The position numbers were made by a program, and so were the translations under genes. The notes under the pieces were generated by a model that saw nothing but the letters and a program-made list of their open reading frames with translations, was not told the DNA's origin and did not search any database. Of a stretch of DNA of 64,000 bases, positions 28,249 to 40,089 are shown one piece after another. Positions within the stretch are counted from its first letter, which is position 1. Each line of letters begins with the position of its first letter. This DNA comes from Podarcis filfolensis (taxonomy: Eukaryota): assembly GCA_964270895.1 (NCBI GenBank), contig OZ185442.1, one strand, 5' to 3'.

Positions 28249-29149
28249 TACTTGTGTTCACTGAGATACAACTTTTGTGATCCTTATTGTGGTGACCCTG
28301 TGGTTTTTGCTGTATGTCACTACAAATTTAAAAATGCTTGGCAAGAGCTACAGATGTCACTATAACTAAAATCAGGTAGGTAGCCATGTTGGTCTGACAC
28401 AGTCGAAATACATTAAAAAATAAAAAATTGTCCAGTAGCACCTTAGAGACCAGCTAAGTTTGTTCTTGGTATAAGCTTTCGTGTGCATGCACACTTCTTC
28501 AGATACACTGAACTAAAATGTTTGTTTACACATAACAGTGGACGGTAAGTAAAATAGCTTTATGGCTTGAAATGTCAGTACAGAAACAACATCATATGGT
28601 TATTTTATTTTTTAAATTAAATTTCTATACTGCCCTTCATCTGAAGATGACAGCAGTTTATGCTGATTTGTGTGGGAAGTTCCTTAAAGACAGAGTAAGC
28701 CTACAAGCTTCTTTTGACTGGTGCAGGTGAGAACATGGCAGCTGATAAGGTGCCCTCAGCCAAAATCCAATTGCCGCCCTGGGTTCTAACATTTCTAAAA
28801 ACATATCTCTGTTTCAGTCCTTGCGTAGCAGTCCTAATCAAGGTTTAAGCACATGTATCTGAGAACCTTTCCACTTGCTTGCTGATGCTGCCCTCTTTTG
28901 CATGGGTCATGGCTGTTTTCTGTGCAATCGGGAAACAAGTGGATGTACAACAAAAAGTGGGGCAGCATGAACTATTACTGTTTGGGATTCCCAATATTCC
29001 ATTCTACCGTTCCCCACCCCAATTTATGTTCCTCCCTCACATTCTACAATAACTGTTTTCATTCTATCCTCATTGGACAGTTTTGAGGTGTCTCCACCCT
29101 CCCAGCTTTCTTTTTTATGTATGAAAAACACTCCATGTTCTAAATTCCA

Positions 29150-30125
29150 TACTAAATGATTGTAATGCACTCTGTGTGGGGCTCCCTTGAAGACTACTCA
29201 GAAACTTCAACTGGTCCAAACATATTATTGGTTGGGGTGGCTTTTAGAACTCAACCCCTATTCTAAAACAGCTACATTAGCTGCCAATTCGTTTCCTGTC
29301 TTAATTCAAGGTTCTCATGTTAGCATTTAAAGCCCTAAATGACTCAGGCCCAAATAGCAAAAAGGCCACCTTGTTCTCTAGAGACCATCTCGGGTGCTAA
29401 GGTGGGCAAAAGGGCCCCTTTTCATAGTTCCACTCCTGAGGAAGTCCAGGGGTGGCAGCAGCCCAATAGAAGACATTCTCTGTGGTGTCCCCTAAGTTGT
29501 AGAATTCCCTCCACACAGATCTGCATCTGACACCTTCACTATACAGCTTTTAGGGAATGCTGAAAACACACATCTTTAACCTGGCCTATGACACAAGGTG
29601 GAGGGACACGGGTGGCGCTGTGGGTTAAACCACAGAGCCTAGGACTTGCTGATCAGAAGGTCAGCGGTTCGAATCCCTGCGACGGGGTGAGCTCCCGTTG
29701 CTCGGTCCCAGCTCCTGCCAACCTAGCAGTTCGAAAGCACGTCAGAGTGCAAGTAGATAAATAGGTACCGCTCTGGCGGGAAGGTAAACGGCATTTCCGT
29801 GTACTGCTCTGGTTCACCAGAAGCGGCTTAGTCATGCTGGCCACATGACCCGGAAGCTGTACGCCAGTTCCCTCGGCCAATAAAGTGAGATGAGCGCCAC
29901 AACCCCAGAGTCTGCCACGACTGGACCTAATGGTCAGGGGTCCCTTTACCTTTACCTATGACACAAGGTTGATGCGCATTTTCAGAACCCACCCTATTCT
30001 GGTGACTGTAATCTGTTTCAACTGTTTTAAATCCTGAATTTCAAATTGCTTTACCCCGCCCTGGGACCTGTTGGTGAAAGGCAGGTAACAAATTAGTGAT
30101 AACCATAATAATAGAAGCTCTCTTC
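29150..30125 (+). mobile_element. L2 LINE 3' fragment interrupted by a Sauria SINE
   Basis: Remnant L2 ORF2 C-terminus (CNAL..GLP...KLQLVQ; FKVLMLAFKALN; FSVVSPKL.NSLH) and tail CGCCCTGGGACC...GGTGAAAGGCAGGTAAC...ATAATA. Confidence 0.72.
29603..29956 (+). mobile_element. Full-length Sauria SINE (Squam1-type)
   Basis: tRNA-like head with A box GGCGCTGTGG and B box GGTTCGAATCCC, Sauria body, (CCTTTA)n tail, 15-bp TSD CCTATGACACAAGGT (29585-29599, 29955-29969). Confidence 0.95.
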
Positions 30126-30390
30126 AAGTGTTGTTCTCCAGAAACTGGTACTAGAGGCTGTGATCCTGTAGGTGATAAATGGCTATTGTGACTAGTGGTC
30201 ACTGATGGTCTGCTCCTTCTGCATGCATTTTCTAATTTCCTTTTCAAGCTATCTAAGTGAGTGATCACAATTTAAAGGCAAATTCATGGAGGAGGCTGCT
30301 GGCCCATGATGGCTTCCTATGACCTCCAGGTAACAGAGGTGGTAGCATCCTGGTATCAACAGCTGAGGGTCATGAATGGGAACAAATAGG
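30125..30390. mobile_element. Two short CR1 3' fragments in opposite orientation
   Basis: TTTCTAATTTCCTTTTCAAGCTATCT (reverse) followed by AAATTCATGGAGGAGG (forward); approximate. Confidence 0.4.
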
Positions 30391-30689
30391 GAGGGCAGCT
30401 TTGAACTGCTTAATAGTTTAAAATAAGCAAATCATATTTTGTAGGAAGAGTGCAGCTCTGTATGCCTACACAGAAGTATGCCCCACTGAGTTCAACGAGG
30501 GGATTATTGAAGGTAGCGGGGTTGCTGCACAAGCTGCGCCATGCAACGAATTTCTCTGAGGTGGTTTTGGAGGTCAGCTCTCAAGGGAAGTGAGTTGGAA
30601 GTTGGAGGAAGGCAAACAAGCAAAAGAGACAAGGGAGTTTCAGACCTACACTAGAAACTACTGAATGGTCCTCTCTGCACTTTTCCGAT

Positions 30690-31460
30690 CTACGGAGTAA
30701 GCGGACGCGCTGAGGTAGTTTCCCTCGTCCCGCCCCGTTGCCCAGGGAACGCGCACGAGCTGCGCGACAACACACGGCGCCTAGAGAGCGAGAAAGAGGA
30801 AAGTAGTCCCGTCCGGAAAGTAGTCCGTCCCTTAACGACGGGGGGCGTGGCTTCGGCGTGATGTCCGGTTGGCCCTTTGAGCCTCGCTTTAGCTGGCTGG
30901 CGGAGCGCTCTTCCTGTCGCGCGGGGACGAAGTGCACAGTGAGAGGGAGCTTGTGTCCTTCCGCATAGGAATCACTGAGAAGAGCGAGAGACGCGCGCGG
31001 CGGCGGCGGCGGCGGCTGAGGCGGGAGCCCAACGCCCTCTCACCCGCCCGGCGGAACGAGCCCTCCCTACCCGCGACGCGGAGGCGGCGGCGGGATGTTC
31101 AAGAACACGTTCCAGAGCGGCTTCCTATCCGTGCTCTACAGCATCGGGAGCAAACCGCTGCAGATCTGGGACAAGAAGGTGGCGGAGGGAGCTGGTCCTG
31201 GCCTACCTGGCCTGGGGGGCGTTTCTGCGAGAGGGTTTCTAGTCCTCATGGCTGCCAGGGGGTTGGCCTTCAAGGGTTGGCCTTCCAGAGCTCTCTTCAG
31301 GGCTTGTGGCGCCGCCAGGGAGAACCCCGGAGCCAGCCAGCCTCCCTTCCTCCCTCAGGCTTCGCATGCTCGAAGGAAGCCCGAGCCAGGTCTGGGGAAC
31401 CTCCGGACTCTTTTGGACTACAACTCCCGTCGGCCCCAGCGTCGTATTACTGTGTTTTGT
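30690..31460 (+). promoter_or_regulatory. CpG-island promoter and first exon of CFAP20
   Basis: Dense CpG, GC-box-like GGGGGCGTGG at 30841, CCGGAA ETS-like core, (GGC)n run in the leader directly before the ATG at 31095. Confidence 0.85.
31095..31178 (+). CDS. CFAP20: CFAP20 exon 1 coding part (84 nt)
   Basis: gcgggATG TTC...AAG AAG|gtggcg; [28 protein letters not shown]. Confidence 0.96.
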
Positions 31461-34400
31461 TGGGGCTGATGGGAGAACAATCTGGAGGGCACCTGTTTGG
31501 GGAGGGATCCTCTTAGGGGTTCCCTCCTCGTCTGTTGCCCCATTTCTTTGGAAGCCCCTCCACTGTCCCTTGGGCCCCCGACATCTTAGGGTGATCTAGC
31601 AGCGCTTCATGCCTGGTGGTCTCATTTCCAATTGACCGGAAGCAGAAAGCCTCATTTTCCCTTCCTACTACGGCTGAAAAGAGCCCTGTTGGATTAGACC
31701 AAATAGCTTGCAGCCTATTTCCCTCAGTGGCTAAGCAGATTACTCTCTAGGCCATAACTTCCCCAACTAGGTGCCCATCATATGTTTTGGATGGCAGTTT
31801 CCGTCAGGCCTAGGCAATGTGGCCAGTGGTAATGGGGGGTGGGAGTTGTACTACATAATGTAGTGATGGTCCCTGACTTGGGCAGCTTTAAAAAAGGATT
31901 AAGCTGAATTCATGGCGAATTAGTCTAGTAATGACTACTAGCTGCAGTGGTTGTATACTGCCTCCACTATAACACCAGTTGCTAGGAACTGCAAGTGAGC
32001 AGAGTTCTGTAGTTTTTATGTCCTGCTTGCGGGCTTTCCATGGGAATATGGTTGGCCATTGTGAGAACAGGATGAAGCCTGCACTCCTAATTCAGAAGTA
32101 TGTCTTCCTGGTAGGGCTTTCAGATGCTGTTTGAAGCAAGAAAGTAATCTGCTTAATTGAGTGATGTCCTATTTCATTCTCACCTTCTAGGTGCGGAATG
32201 GCCACATCAAAAGAATTACAGATAATGATATTCAGTCATTGGTGTTGGAGATTGAAGGGACCAATGTCAGGTAAAGAGGAACCATTGTCTATGCTTTCCT
32301 AATGTCCCATTGAGAATTAGACATTGAAAAGCATTGTGGGATTGATTCCCATCTCCAGTTTCCTCACAGAGATTTCTCCATCAAAACCACGCCAGCGTAT
32401 AGTAACTGTGGAAACAGCTCATTGCTCCCATCCTTGGTAATGACGAGTCTGGGATTGGAGGAGCCCATTGTGGCAATTTATCTATTGAATGGTCTGGCTG
32501 CATGTGGCCCTCAGGCCAGAAAGGATTAGTCTCCCATGTGGCAGGATCTTTCCCTACAGCTGCTGGGATGGAGAACCTTTCTCAGCCTGAGAGCTGTGTT
32601 CCATGGTGGGTAAACTTCCAGGGAATGCTAGAGGTAAACCTGGGCATACCAACAGAGTTGACTCTTAGTAGAGCCGGATACCTTCCAACCATGCAAAAGT
32701 TAAGAGTTTCTACACAAGCTTTTCTCAATTTTCAATTGAGGCATGGAAGAGGTATTGTCGCAGATCATATAATGCATAGGATGCATTCCTAACAGGCAAA
32801 GGCTCTTGAGGAGGGTGCAGAGCAGGGTCAGTGAGGGTTTGTGGCCTGGAGAGAGTCCCAAGGGTTGGATGAGAAGGTTGGAGGGCCACATTTGGTCCCT
32901 GGGGCTGAGTTTCCCCAATCCTGTTCCATAGGGAGGCAGAAATATTAGTATATAAGCTTTTACAGAATCCTGAAATTCTTGTAGAACTATTTCAAACAAA
33001 TGGGTTCTTCTGATGTGGATCCTGCACCTGAATTTTGAAGCCCTGGGAGATGAGATGCTCTCAGAAGGCCTGCTTCTCCTGCAAGTAGTGCAGTCTTGCT
33101 CATTCTGTATTTCTCCCCCACAGTACCACATATATCACATGTCCTGCTGACCCAAAGAAGACGCTGGGGATCAAATTACCCTTCCTGGTGATGATAATCA
33201 AGAACCTGAAGAAATACTTCACTTTTGAAGTACAGGTTAGTTCATGGAGCTAACACAGCAGGTCCAGGACATGACAGCATTAGTGGGCAAAGTCACTGGT
33301 CTTCCCATCTAAAGTCATGAGATGATTGTTCCTATTGTATAAAAGGTGACTTGCTTAGAGCTACTCAGTCTCTGAGATCCATCTGTTACTCCAACCCTCG
33401 GTTCAGCCTTACTGGCAGAGTTCCTCTCCAGCACTTCAGTCAGGTCCTTGGCTAGCCTGACACTGCTTATTCTGCAGGTCCCTCCCTCCAGGGGAGCTGA
33501 AGGCAGACTGCCTAGTATTCTTGTCAGTAAGGTTAGGGGACTGCAGGCTTGACATCTGCAGCCCCCCCCTCTTTTCAACAGTGGCTTGTCTTTATGTGTT
33601 AGGTGTTAGATGATAAAAATGTGCGCCGACGGTTCCGTGCCAGCAATTACCAGAGCACCACCCGTGTCAAGCCTTTCATCTGCACCATGCCTATGCGCCT
33701 GGACGATGGCTGGAACCAGATCCAATTCAACCTCTCTGACTTCACTCGACGAGCGTATGGTACCAACTACATTGAAACCCTGAGAGTCCAGGTAAGGAGC
33801 TGTGCGTTCTGACAGCTGTGACACTTGCATTTCAGTTGCTGATTTGGATGGTTGCCCTTGTGAAGTAAGAGCCATTGTGCTTCAGTCTCTCCATAGCTAG
33901 CGGTGGCAACTGCTGGGGTCTTCAGTTAACATGGGGGAGATCAGCATTCAGAGTTAACACTGGAAATTCTAGGCCCACAAGTGTCAATCAGCAGATTTGA
34001 CTGTTTTCTTTTATCCCTGGGCCTGATCTCTCTTTAGAGGTTGTTCTGAAACACATGCATTGTATATATGTATGTTAGTATTTATATATAAAATTTCTTA
34101 CCAGTCATGAAACCCAAATCTGAGACTGTACCAGAATGACTTCCTAGCTGATTCTGTTTATAGCGAAATGGAATAGCATCCATTTGCGGGGGGGGGCTGG
34201 TAGATGTCAGGCTGCTTTGAAATGTCTGCTGCTGAAACACCCTTCTTGGACATGCTTGACTTTTCAGATCCACGCAAACTGTCGCATTCGCAGAATTTAT
34301 TTCTCTGACAGACTCTACTCTGAGGATGAGCTTCCTGCTGAGTTCAAGCTTTATATCCCAGTCCAGAACAAGGCCAAGGTGAGCAGCTGCTGGAGGATCG

Positions 34401-35438
34401 GGGGGAGCAGGAGTTTGCATTCTAAAAAGCGCTTGTTAAGCTAGTTGTGGGAGCAGAGACGGCTGGAGTGGAGCACTGGATTTGGAGGGCAAGAATGCAT
34501 CCTTATCTTCCACCCTCCTCAAGCCAAGTCTGACAGGTTGGCTGCTGACTCATCAAATGACCCACTTTTGCCCACACAATTTGAAATCAAATAGCATGGG
34601 CAAAGGCACAGCCTGTAAAGTGCCAACTTTCAGCTAACCTTGTGAAGTCAATGTGCATAAAAAGCCCCAACAACCAGATGATCGCCTGAGTTGCGAAGCC
34701 ATGGGGGCACAGTTCTTTGCATGCAGCTTTGCAGCTGCTGCCAGTTCTTCTGATTGGTGCTACATCTTTACCTGCCCCTCCCCTGAAGTCCTATCTCTGT
34801 AGGAAACATGGACATGACTTGGTCAAAATGGCCTCATGGACCAAACGGGTGTCTGGGGGCCTAACTAGGCCCACGGGCTGGAGGTTCCCCACAGCTGATG
34901 GAAGTGAGGGCAACTGATGCCAAGAAGAAATCAGCTAAAAGAGCCTTATGCATGGACTGCATGGAAACTTAGAGATGGCCGCTTGCAGCATAATCTAGTG
35001 TATTATTTAGTAAGCATCTTACACCACTCCTTAGCTGTCAGGTTCACAGAGCAACTGATATACATTCAAACAACATATGCTGCAATACAGCATCACGACA
35101 AAGTGGAGCAGATAAATGTCCCAATGTTAAAACCTATAAACTAGTTGATCTTAAAAGGTCTGCACCTGGTGCCTAAAGGTGAGTCTCTCTAAGGAGTGAG
35201 TTGTAAAGAAGGAATGCTATGAAAGTTGAGCCTTGGGAAATTGGATTTCAGGTGTCAGTTCAGCTGTGTTCTAGCAGGGTGCCTTGGACAAATCTCTTGT
35301 CTCATGCACATGCACACACTAGCAGAGAGCCTGCTGGTGAGGGATATTGCTGCAATAAGAGAGATCTGAATACCCTTTGAATGAATATGAACTTTTGAAT
35401 AACTGTCTTTCTCTGCATCTTTCCCCCTGCAGCAATGA
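31095..35438 (+). CDS. CFAP20: Cilia- and flagella-associated protein 20 (193 aa); exons 31095-31178, 32191-32270, 33124-33235, 33603-33791, 34268-34378, 35433-35438
   Basis: The spliced ORF of 582 nt gives [36 protein letters not shown]...PVQNKAKQ*, recognisably the highly conserved CFAP20/BUG22 protein; all introns GT-AG. Confidence 0.98.
31880..32075 (+). mobile_element. CR1 3' fragment in CFAP20 intron 1
   Basis: GCTTTAAAAAAGGATT...AATTCATGG...GTTGGCCATTGTGAGAACAGGATG. Confidence 0.55.
32191..32270 (+). CDS. CFAP20: CFAP20 exon 2 (80 nt)
   Basis: ttctag|GTG CGG...GTC AG|gtaaag; [26 protein letters not shown](S). Confidence 0.97.
33124..33235 (+). CDS. CFAP20: CFAP20 exon 3 (112 nt)
   Basis: ccacag|T ACC ACA...GTA CAG|gttagt; [37 protein letters not shown]. 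Confidence 0.97.
33603..33791 (+). CDS. CFAP20: CFAP20 exon 4 (189 nt)
   Basis: tgttag|GTG TTA...GTC CAG|gtaagg; [63 protein letters not shown]. Confidence 0.97.
34268..34378 (+). CDS. CFAP20: CFAP20 exon 5 (111 nt)
   Basis: tttcag|ATC CAC...GCC AAG|gtgagc; [37 protein letters not shown]. Confidence 0.97.
35433..35438 (+). CDS. CFAP20: CFAP20 exon 6 coding part (Gln + stop)
   Basis: Strong acceptor tctttccccctgcag|CAA TGA completes 193 aa; followed by UTR with poly(A) signals. Confidence 0.85.
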   Translation, partial: Q

Positions 35439-35551
35439 TGTCACATTGGGAAACACACTGAGAGAGACACTGTGAAGAGAGGTGGAAGAGTTTGTTTTTT
35501 TTTTAATTAAAAACAAAATTTAATGTTGATTTACATAGGGTAACTTTATTT

Positions 35552-35848
35552 AATAAAAGTTGGTATCTAAAATGCTGGGACACAGGACAACTAACCATGT
35601 CATTGTTTTGTGTGAGCGAGATGATGCACGATCAAGCTTGCACTTTAAAATCAACCCCAGACCAAACTTGAGTTATGGGGCTTGATCCTGAGTGCATGCA
35701 GACAACTCTGTTGGAGAGCAGTTTGGGGATCCTTATGCCCCCCGCCCCCCTCGGATGCCAGTGGTTTTTCTTCTTTGCTGTTCATATCTTTTTTCATGTA
35801 TGCTCCAAATACGTGTGGACTCCTCCCCTTCTGGAAGCTGCTATTAAA
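35552..35848 (+). terminator. CFAP20 poly(A) signals: AATAAA 35552-35557 and ATTAAA 35843-35848
   Basis: Hexamers in AU-rich 3'UTR context downstream of the stop; which one is used is unknown. Confidence 0.6.
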
Positions 35849-36545
35849 TATTTGATTTTCTTTGTAAGGCTGTTCTTGGTTACTGCATGCTGAGGGAGGC
35901 CTTTGTGCATCACAGGCTCCCTTGCAGGTGAATTGATTCCCTGGTATTGTGCCTGGCCTGCCTTGTCCCCTTCATTGTCAAGTGTCAATGTGTGTCTCCT
36001 GCTTGTGTGCCAAGGAGATAAGGAGGGATGATAGCCAAAGTTCTGAACTGTCAGATCTGATTTCTTGGGCATGAACCTCAGTAGAATCCCCTTCCTGTTT
36101 CCCGGTCATGTGGTGTGCAAATTCACAGTTCAGTGCACACAGCTGATGAAGGGAACCGGGAGCATGTTTTGCCCCCTTGAAAAACAAAATTCTGCCTTGG
36201 TGCTTTTAATGACTTCTGTAAAGTGGGCGAGGGAATGGCTGCATCTGAAGCTTCTCTTGGAAAGGCGAAAGCGGAAAGCCTGAGCATAGGGAGATTTGAC
36301 AAGGCTGGCTGCCTTTCCTTGCTGGTGGCATCAGCCCAAGGAAGGGGCTGGGAAATCTGGGCTAAGTGTCCTCTGGGGGGGGGGGCGCTTTCCAGAAGCC
36401 TCAGCCTTACAGATATTGTTACTAAACTTATTCCCCTTGCTTCACCAGGTCCCAGGGTGGGTTACAGCAATTGACAATTCAGTATTAAAGCAAGTAATGC
36501 AAATTATAGTCACAATAATAGGTGGGTCCTCCAAACACACATCTC

Positions 36546-37005
36546 TTTTTTTTTGGGAAAAATATTTATTAAGATTTTACAGAAACAGATATACAAAAAC
36601 ACATAATAAAAAAAACAGAAAAAATATGAATAAACACACAGAAAAAATAAGAAAAATTAAAAACAATTCCATTTTTCATAACTTAAAATTCATTTGCTTG
36701 TTTCTTTGACTTCCTCACACCTCCCCTTCTTGTATTCCCATTTAAATAATCAAATCAGCAAATCCTTACCCTTTTTCATTTATCTTATCTCTATAACTTT
36801 AACATCTTATAACTCAGTATTTTCATCCATTATCAATTCATTTTTGCATATTCTTATTAACTTTGTTGCTAATACCACTTATTTCCAATCCAACATCATT
36901 TTAATTATGTTTTTACCTATTTATAATCCTTTTTCCATATTCTTAAAGCATTACAGCTGGAAACCACTTAATTTCTATCCAACATCATTCTAACATTCAT
37001 TAATT
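36546..37005 (-). mobile_element. L1-type LINE 3'UTR with poly(A) tail (T run on +)
   Basis: Poly-T start, A-rich stretch, then GACTTCCTCACACCTCCC, typical of reverse squamate L1 3' ends. Confidence 0.55.
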
Positions 37006-37250
37006 CCAAACACACATCTCTGGCATCAAAACAGGTGTGTCTTCATAATTCCCTGAGACTAGAGTGAAGGTGCCAGGCTCATCTCTGTGGGGAGGGAATT
37101 CCATAATTTGTTGAACTCCCATCAGCCTCGGTAGGCATGGCCAATAATGAGGGAGGATGGGTGTTGCAGCTGTGGAACATCTGGAGGACAACAGGCTATC
37201 TACCCCTTCTCTAAGTAGGGTGGGGAGAGGTTCACGTTGCACCTAAGAAG
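37005..37250 (-). mobile_element. L2-like fragment
   Basis: GGTGCCAGGCTCATCTCTGTGGGGAGGGAATTCCATAA, the reverse of an LWNSLP-coding L2 segment. Confidence 0.45.
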
Positions 37251-40089
37251 TACCTCTTCTAGAGTTTCAAACTTAAGCAGGGGAGGTGCTCCCATGACTC
37301 TCCATCTGTCAAAATGCAAGTGTGGGCAGAGTTGCCACCCAGCTTGCCTCATGATGCCCTTTATCTTCACTTCCTCCACTTAGCTTAAAATGAGTGACCT
37401 AAAATAACTGGCACTCTGAGCTGAAGGATTGTTGACAGTCTGTACTCAGTGAGCACAGGTAGTCTTGCTGGCTGGTCTTTCAGACCAAAAGCCAAGAGTG
37501 GGCAGGAGGCTAATACATCTGTTAGGATCAACCAAAACATCACAAATTGCTTTAGAGATGGCCAGAATGTTTCCATTCACAAACACACGTGAGGAAGTTG
37601 TGCAGCGGTTACTGTAAATCCTGCAACACTAAATTGTGTACCTGTCTGATGATGTGGCTGGACCAGAATAGATTAGCTTGAAGAACAGCAACAGAAGCCC
37701 CCTCCCTTGGTTTTGTCCTAAGGAGAGCACCATGACTGTAGCAGTGCCTACCAACAGGCCTCCAGCATGCATGTGCTAGTGTTCCTTTTACTTCCAGCAG
37801 GTGTTGCTGTTGTGTTTCTAAACTCTGTAAAGTACACTGGTTAATGGAGGAGCAGCCCTGAAAGGTCAGAATCATGGGCAGTTCTAGGGCCTTGCGTTGT
37901 AAGGCTTGCCTTCTGTCAGACCTTGGGGTGTTGAAGGTACATGGATGAAGAGGTTTCTGCATTGACTGCTTGACTAGTGGTGACCTATGGAGCTCTTGTG
38001 GCTAACATGGATTTCCTCTTTAAGGAACCCTAGCAAAAACTATGTCAATCCAGTAAAAAAAGGAGCAGCTCACAGCTCCTGCAGTTAGTAAAAAATAGCC
38101 CTTTTATGTCTCCGAGTGACTTATAGCACTAGGGTGGGGAGACTGGTAAGTACATAAACCTTGGTTAGCTGAGAGTTTTAATGGTGTGGAAGTTGGGGGG
38201 AGGCATTGTGAGGGTCTTGCCCCCAGGTGAAGCAGCTGTGGACTTCCCTAGGTGGACAGATTTGACAAGTGACTGTTTTTGCTTTTATTCGGTGTCAAGT
38301 CCTAGATTAGTCTCTAAAGGTAAGTCCTTCCAGGGCAGTGGAGGTTTTAATAGCTGAAAAGCTTCCACATGCTGATAATTTGAGGCGCCGTCCCTCCTCC
38401 AAAAGAACCAGGCCCTCCTGTTGCAATGCCAGACCCACCTTCAATTGTCGCCAATCCCTGGAATAGAATGTGGCAGTTTTCCTCTGCATTGCAGCATTGA
38501 GAACTTGGTTGTTCTATCTCCTGCCAATGTTCTGGATAATCCACTCAAGATAACTCCTTGCTGGAGATGCTGCCTCGTCACCATATTTGGAGAGGGAGCA
38601 ATTTTCTCCCGGCCTGCAGACACAAAGCACCTGCTCCTTTCTACCACAGTTCTTGCTCAGTTCTCTTCTTGGGGCCTGCTGGTTGTTGGGGTATACCTGC
38701 AGACTGCATGGGTGAGTCTGGGCAAGTGGAAAACTCCCACTGTCCCAACATTAAATCTGTCTGCAAGGAGTGAGCACTGTTTCTAAGGGGCCCCGTTAGC
38801 CAGAACAAGTGGAGCAGATATGCCTGTGGATGTGCACAAGGCACCAATTGTCCTATCTGGTGTTGCAACTCTCTCACAGGGCAGCTCCATCTCAGCAGCT
38901 TCTCACTTCCTGGCCCCTCCCCACCCCCTTCATTCACTGGACAGCAGCCAGCCACAGATGGCCAGCCAAGCTGGGATGCCCCTACTCTCCTTTTGTCAGA
39001 TTGCCCATGTCTTAAGAGGCAGACAGTGCCCGCTGGGTAGGGGCTCTTTCATGTGCAGGAGAGGGAATAAAGGGGGTCTTTATTGCTCAGTGGCAATGCA
39101 TGAGCACAAGGGTCTGGTGTGCTATTTTCTGCTGTAGGCACCAGGCTTGCTTGAATGGCAGAGGTCCTCTCTGAGGAGTGGGAAATGACAAAGGCTGCAA
39201 GTGAAAAGAGAGAGCTGTGGGCAAGGAGCAGGATTCAGGCCCAGCCAGCAGGTGTTGGGTTTTGAATTTCCCCAAAGCCAGAGATCCCTCTTCAAATAAA
39301 ACTACTATCTTGGAAGGGTTTTGCTCCTAACAAGGCAGCACAGCCCTATGAAGGTGTCTGACTGTACTGGCCCCAGGAGCTACACACCAGGCACTGGTTA
39401 TCTGCCTGCAAAGCTATAGGCTTAGGGGCCCAGGACTCTGCCTGTGCTGCAGACCTTCCTGACTCTGTTTGGTGAAGCCTTTGGCATTCAGGCACCTTAA
39501 GCCTTAAGTTGGCTGAGTCCTTTGCATGCAGACTAATGGCGACCCCCTTGACATTGCTCCACAAACAAAATCTTACTGTCTCGCCTGCCATTTGCTGACT
39601 TGCACTAGTGATGAGTCAGAGGGAACAGACAGGTTGTTCCTTTGGGCAAAATCTTCCTAGGAGATGGGAGGCAGGTGGTTGCTGAAGCCATGCAGAATCG
39701 GCAAATCCAGCTGAAGCGGTTTCTGCCTCCCTCATCCAAGTGGGATTCAAAGGCAAAGAGATGCTGCCTCTGCAAAGGGTGTAGAAGTTGCACCAAGCAG
39801 CTGGCATCATTGGGATGGGAAATCACCAATCTGTTTAAGGCTGCTTGTCCCAACTGTGCATACCTTGATTTCATCCATGTGACATTTCTTTAACTGTTTC
39901 TCTTTTGAATGATAGTCATATTTTTAAATCTCAGCAGGCCAGTGCACAATAAAAAACCCTGGTGCCTTTATACTATTTGCTATTAAAATGGATTGGCAAA
40001 GTCAATGGCCCATTGCCATTGCTTCATTTAGTCTCCAAATAATAACTTTTTTAAAATCCTGTGTTGCCTGCAGTGGTTGTGCCTCAGGA

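Noticed and set aside
30581-31599. ORFs of 97-194 aa around CFAP20 exon 1
   Set aside because: CpG-island artefacts; only 31095-31178 matches CFAP20 and ends at a donor.
37484-37588. Open frame with three N-glycosylation sequons (NTS, NIT, NVS)
   Set aside because: No in-frame ATG and no convincing upstream exon; not significant given the number of frames inspected.
39642-39893. Cys-rich ORF (CCLCKGCRSC...CPNC) resembling a zinc-binding peptide
   Set aside because: No ATG at the track start, no recognisable family, and no convincing phase link to neighbouring candidate exons; compatible with chance.
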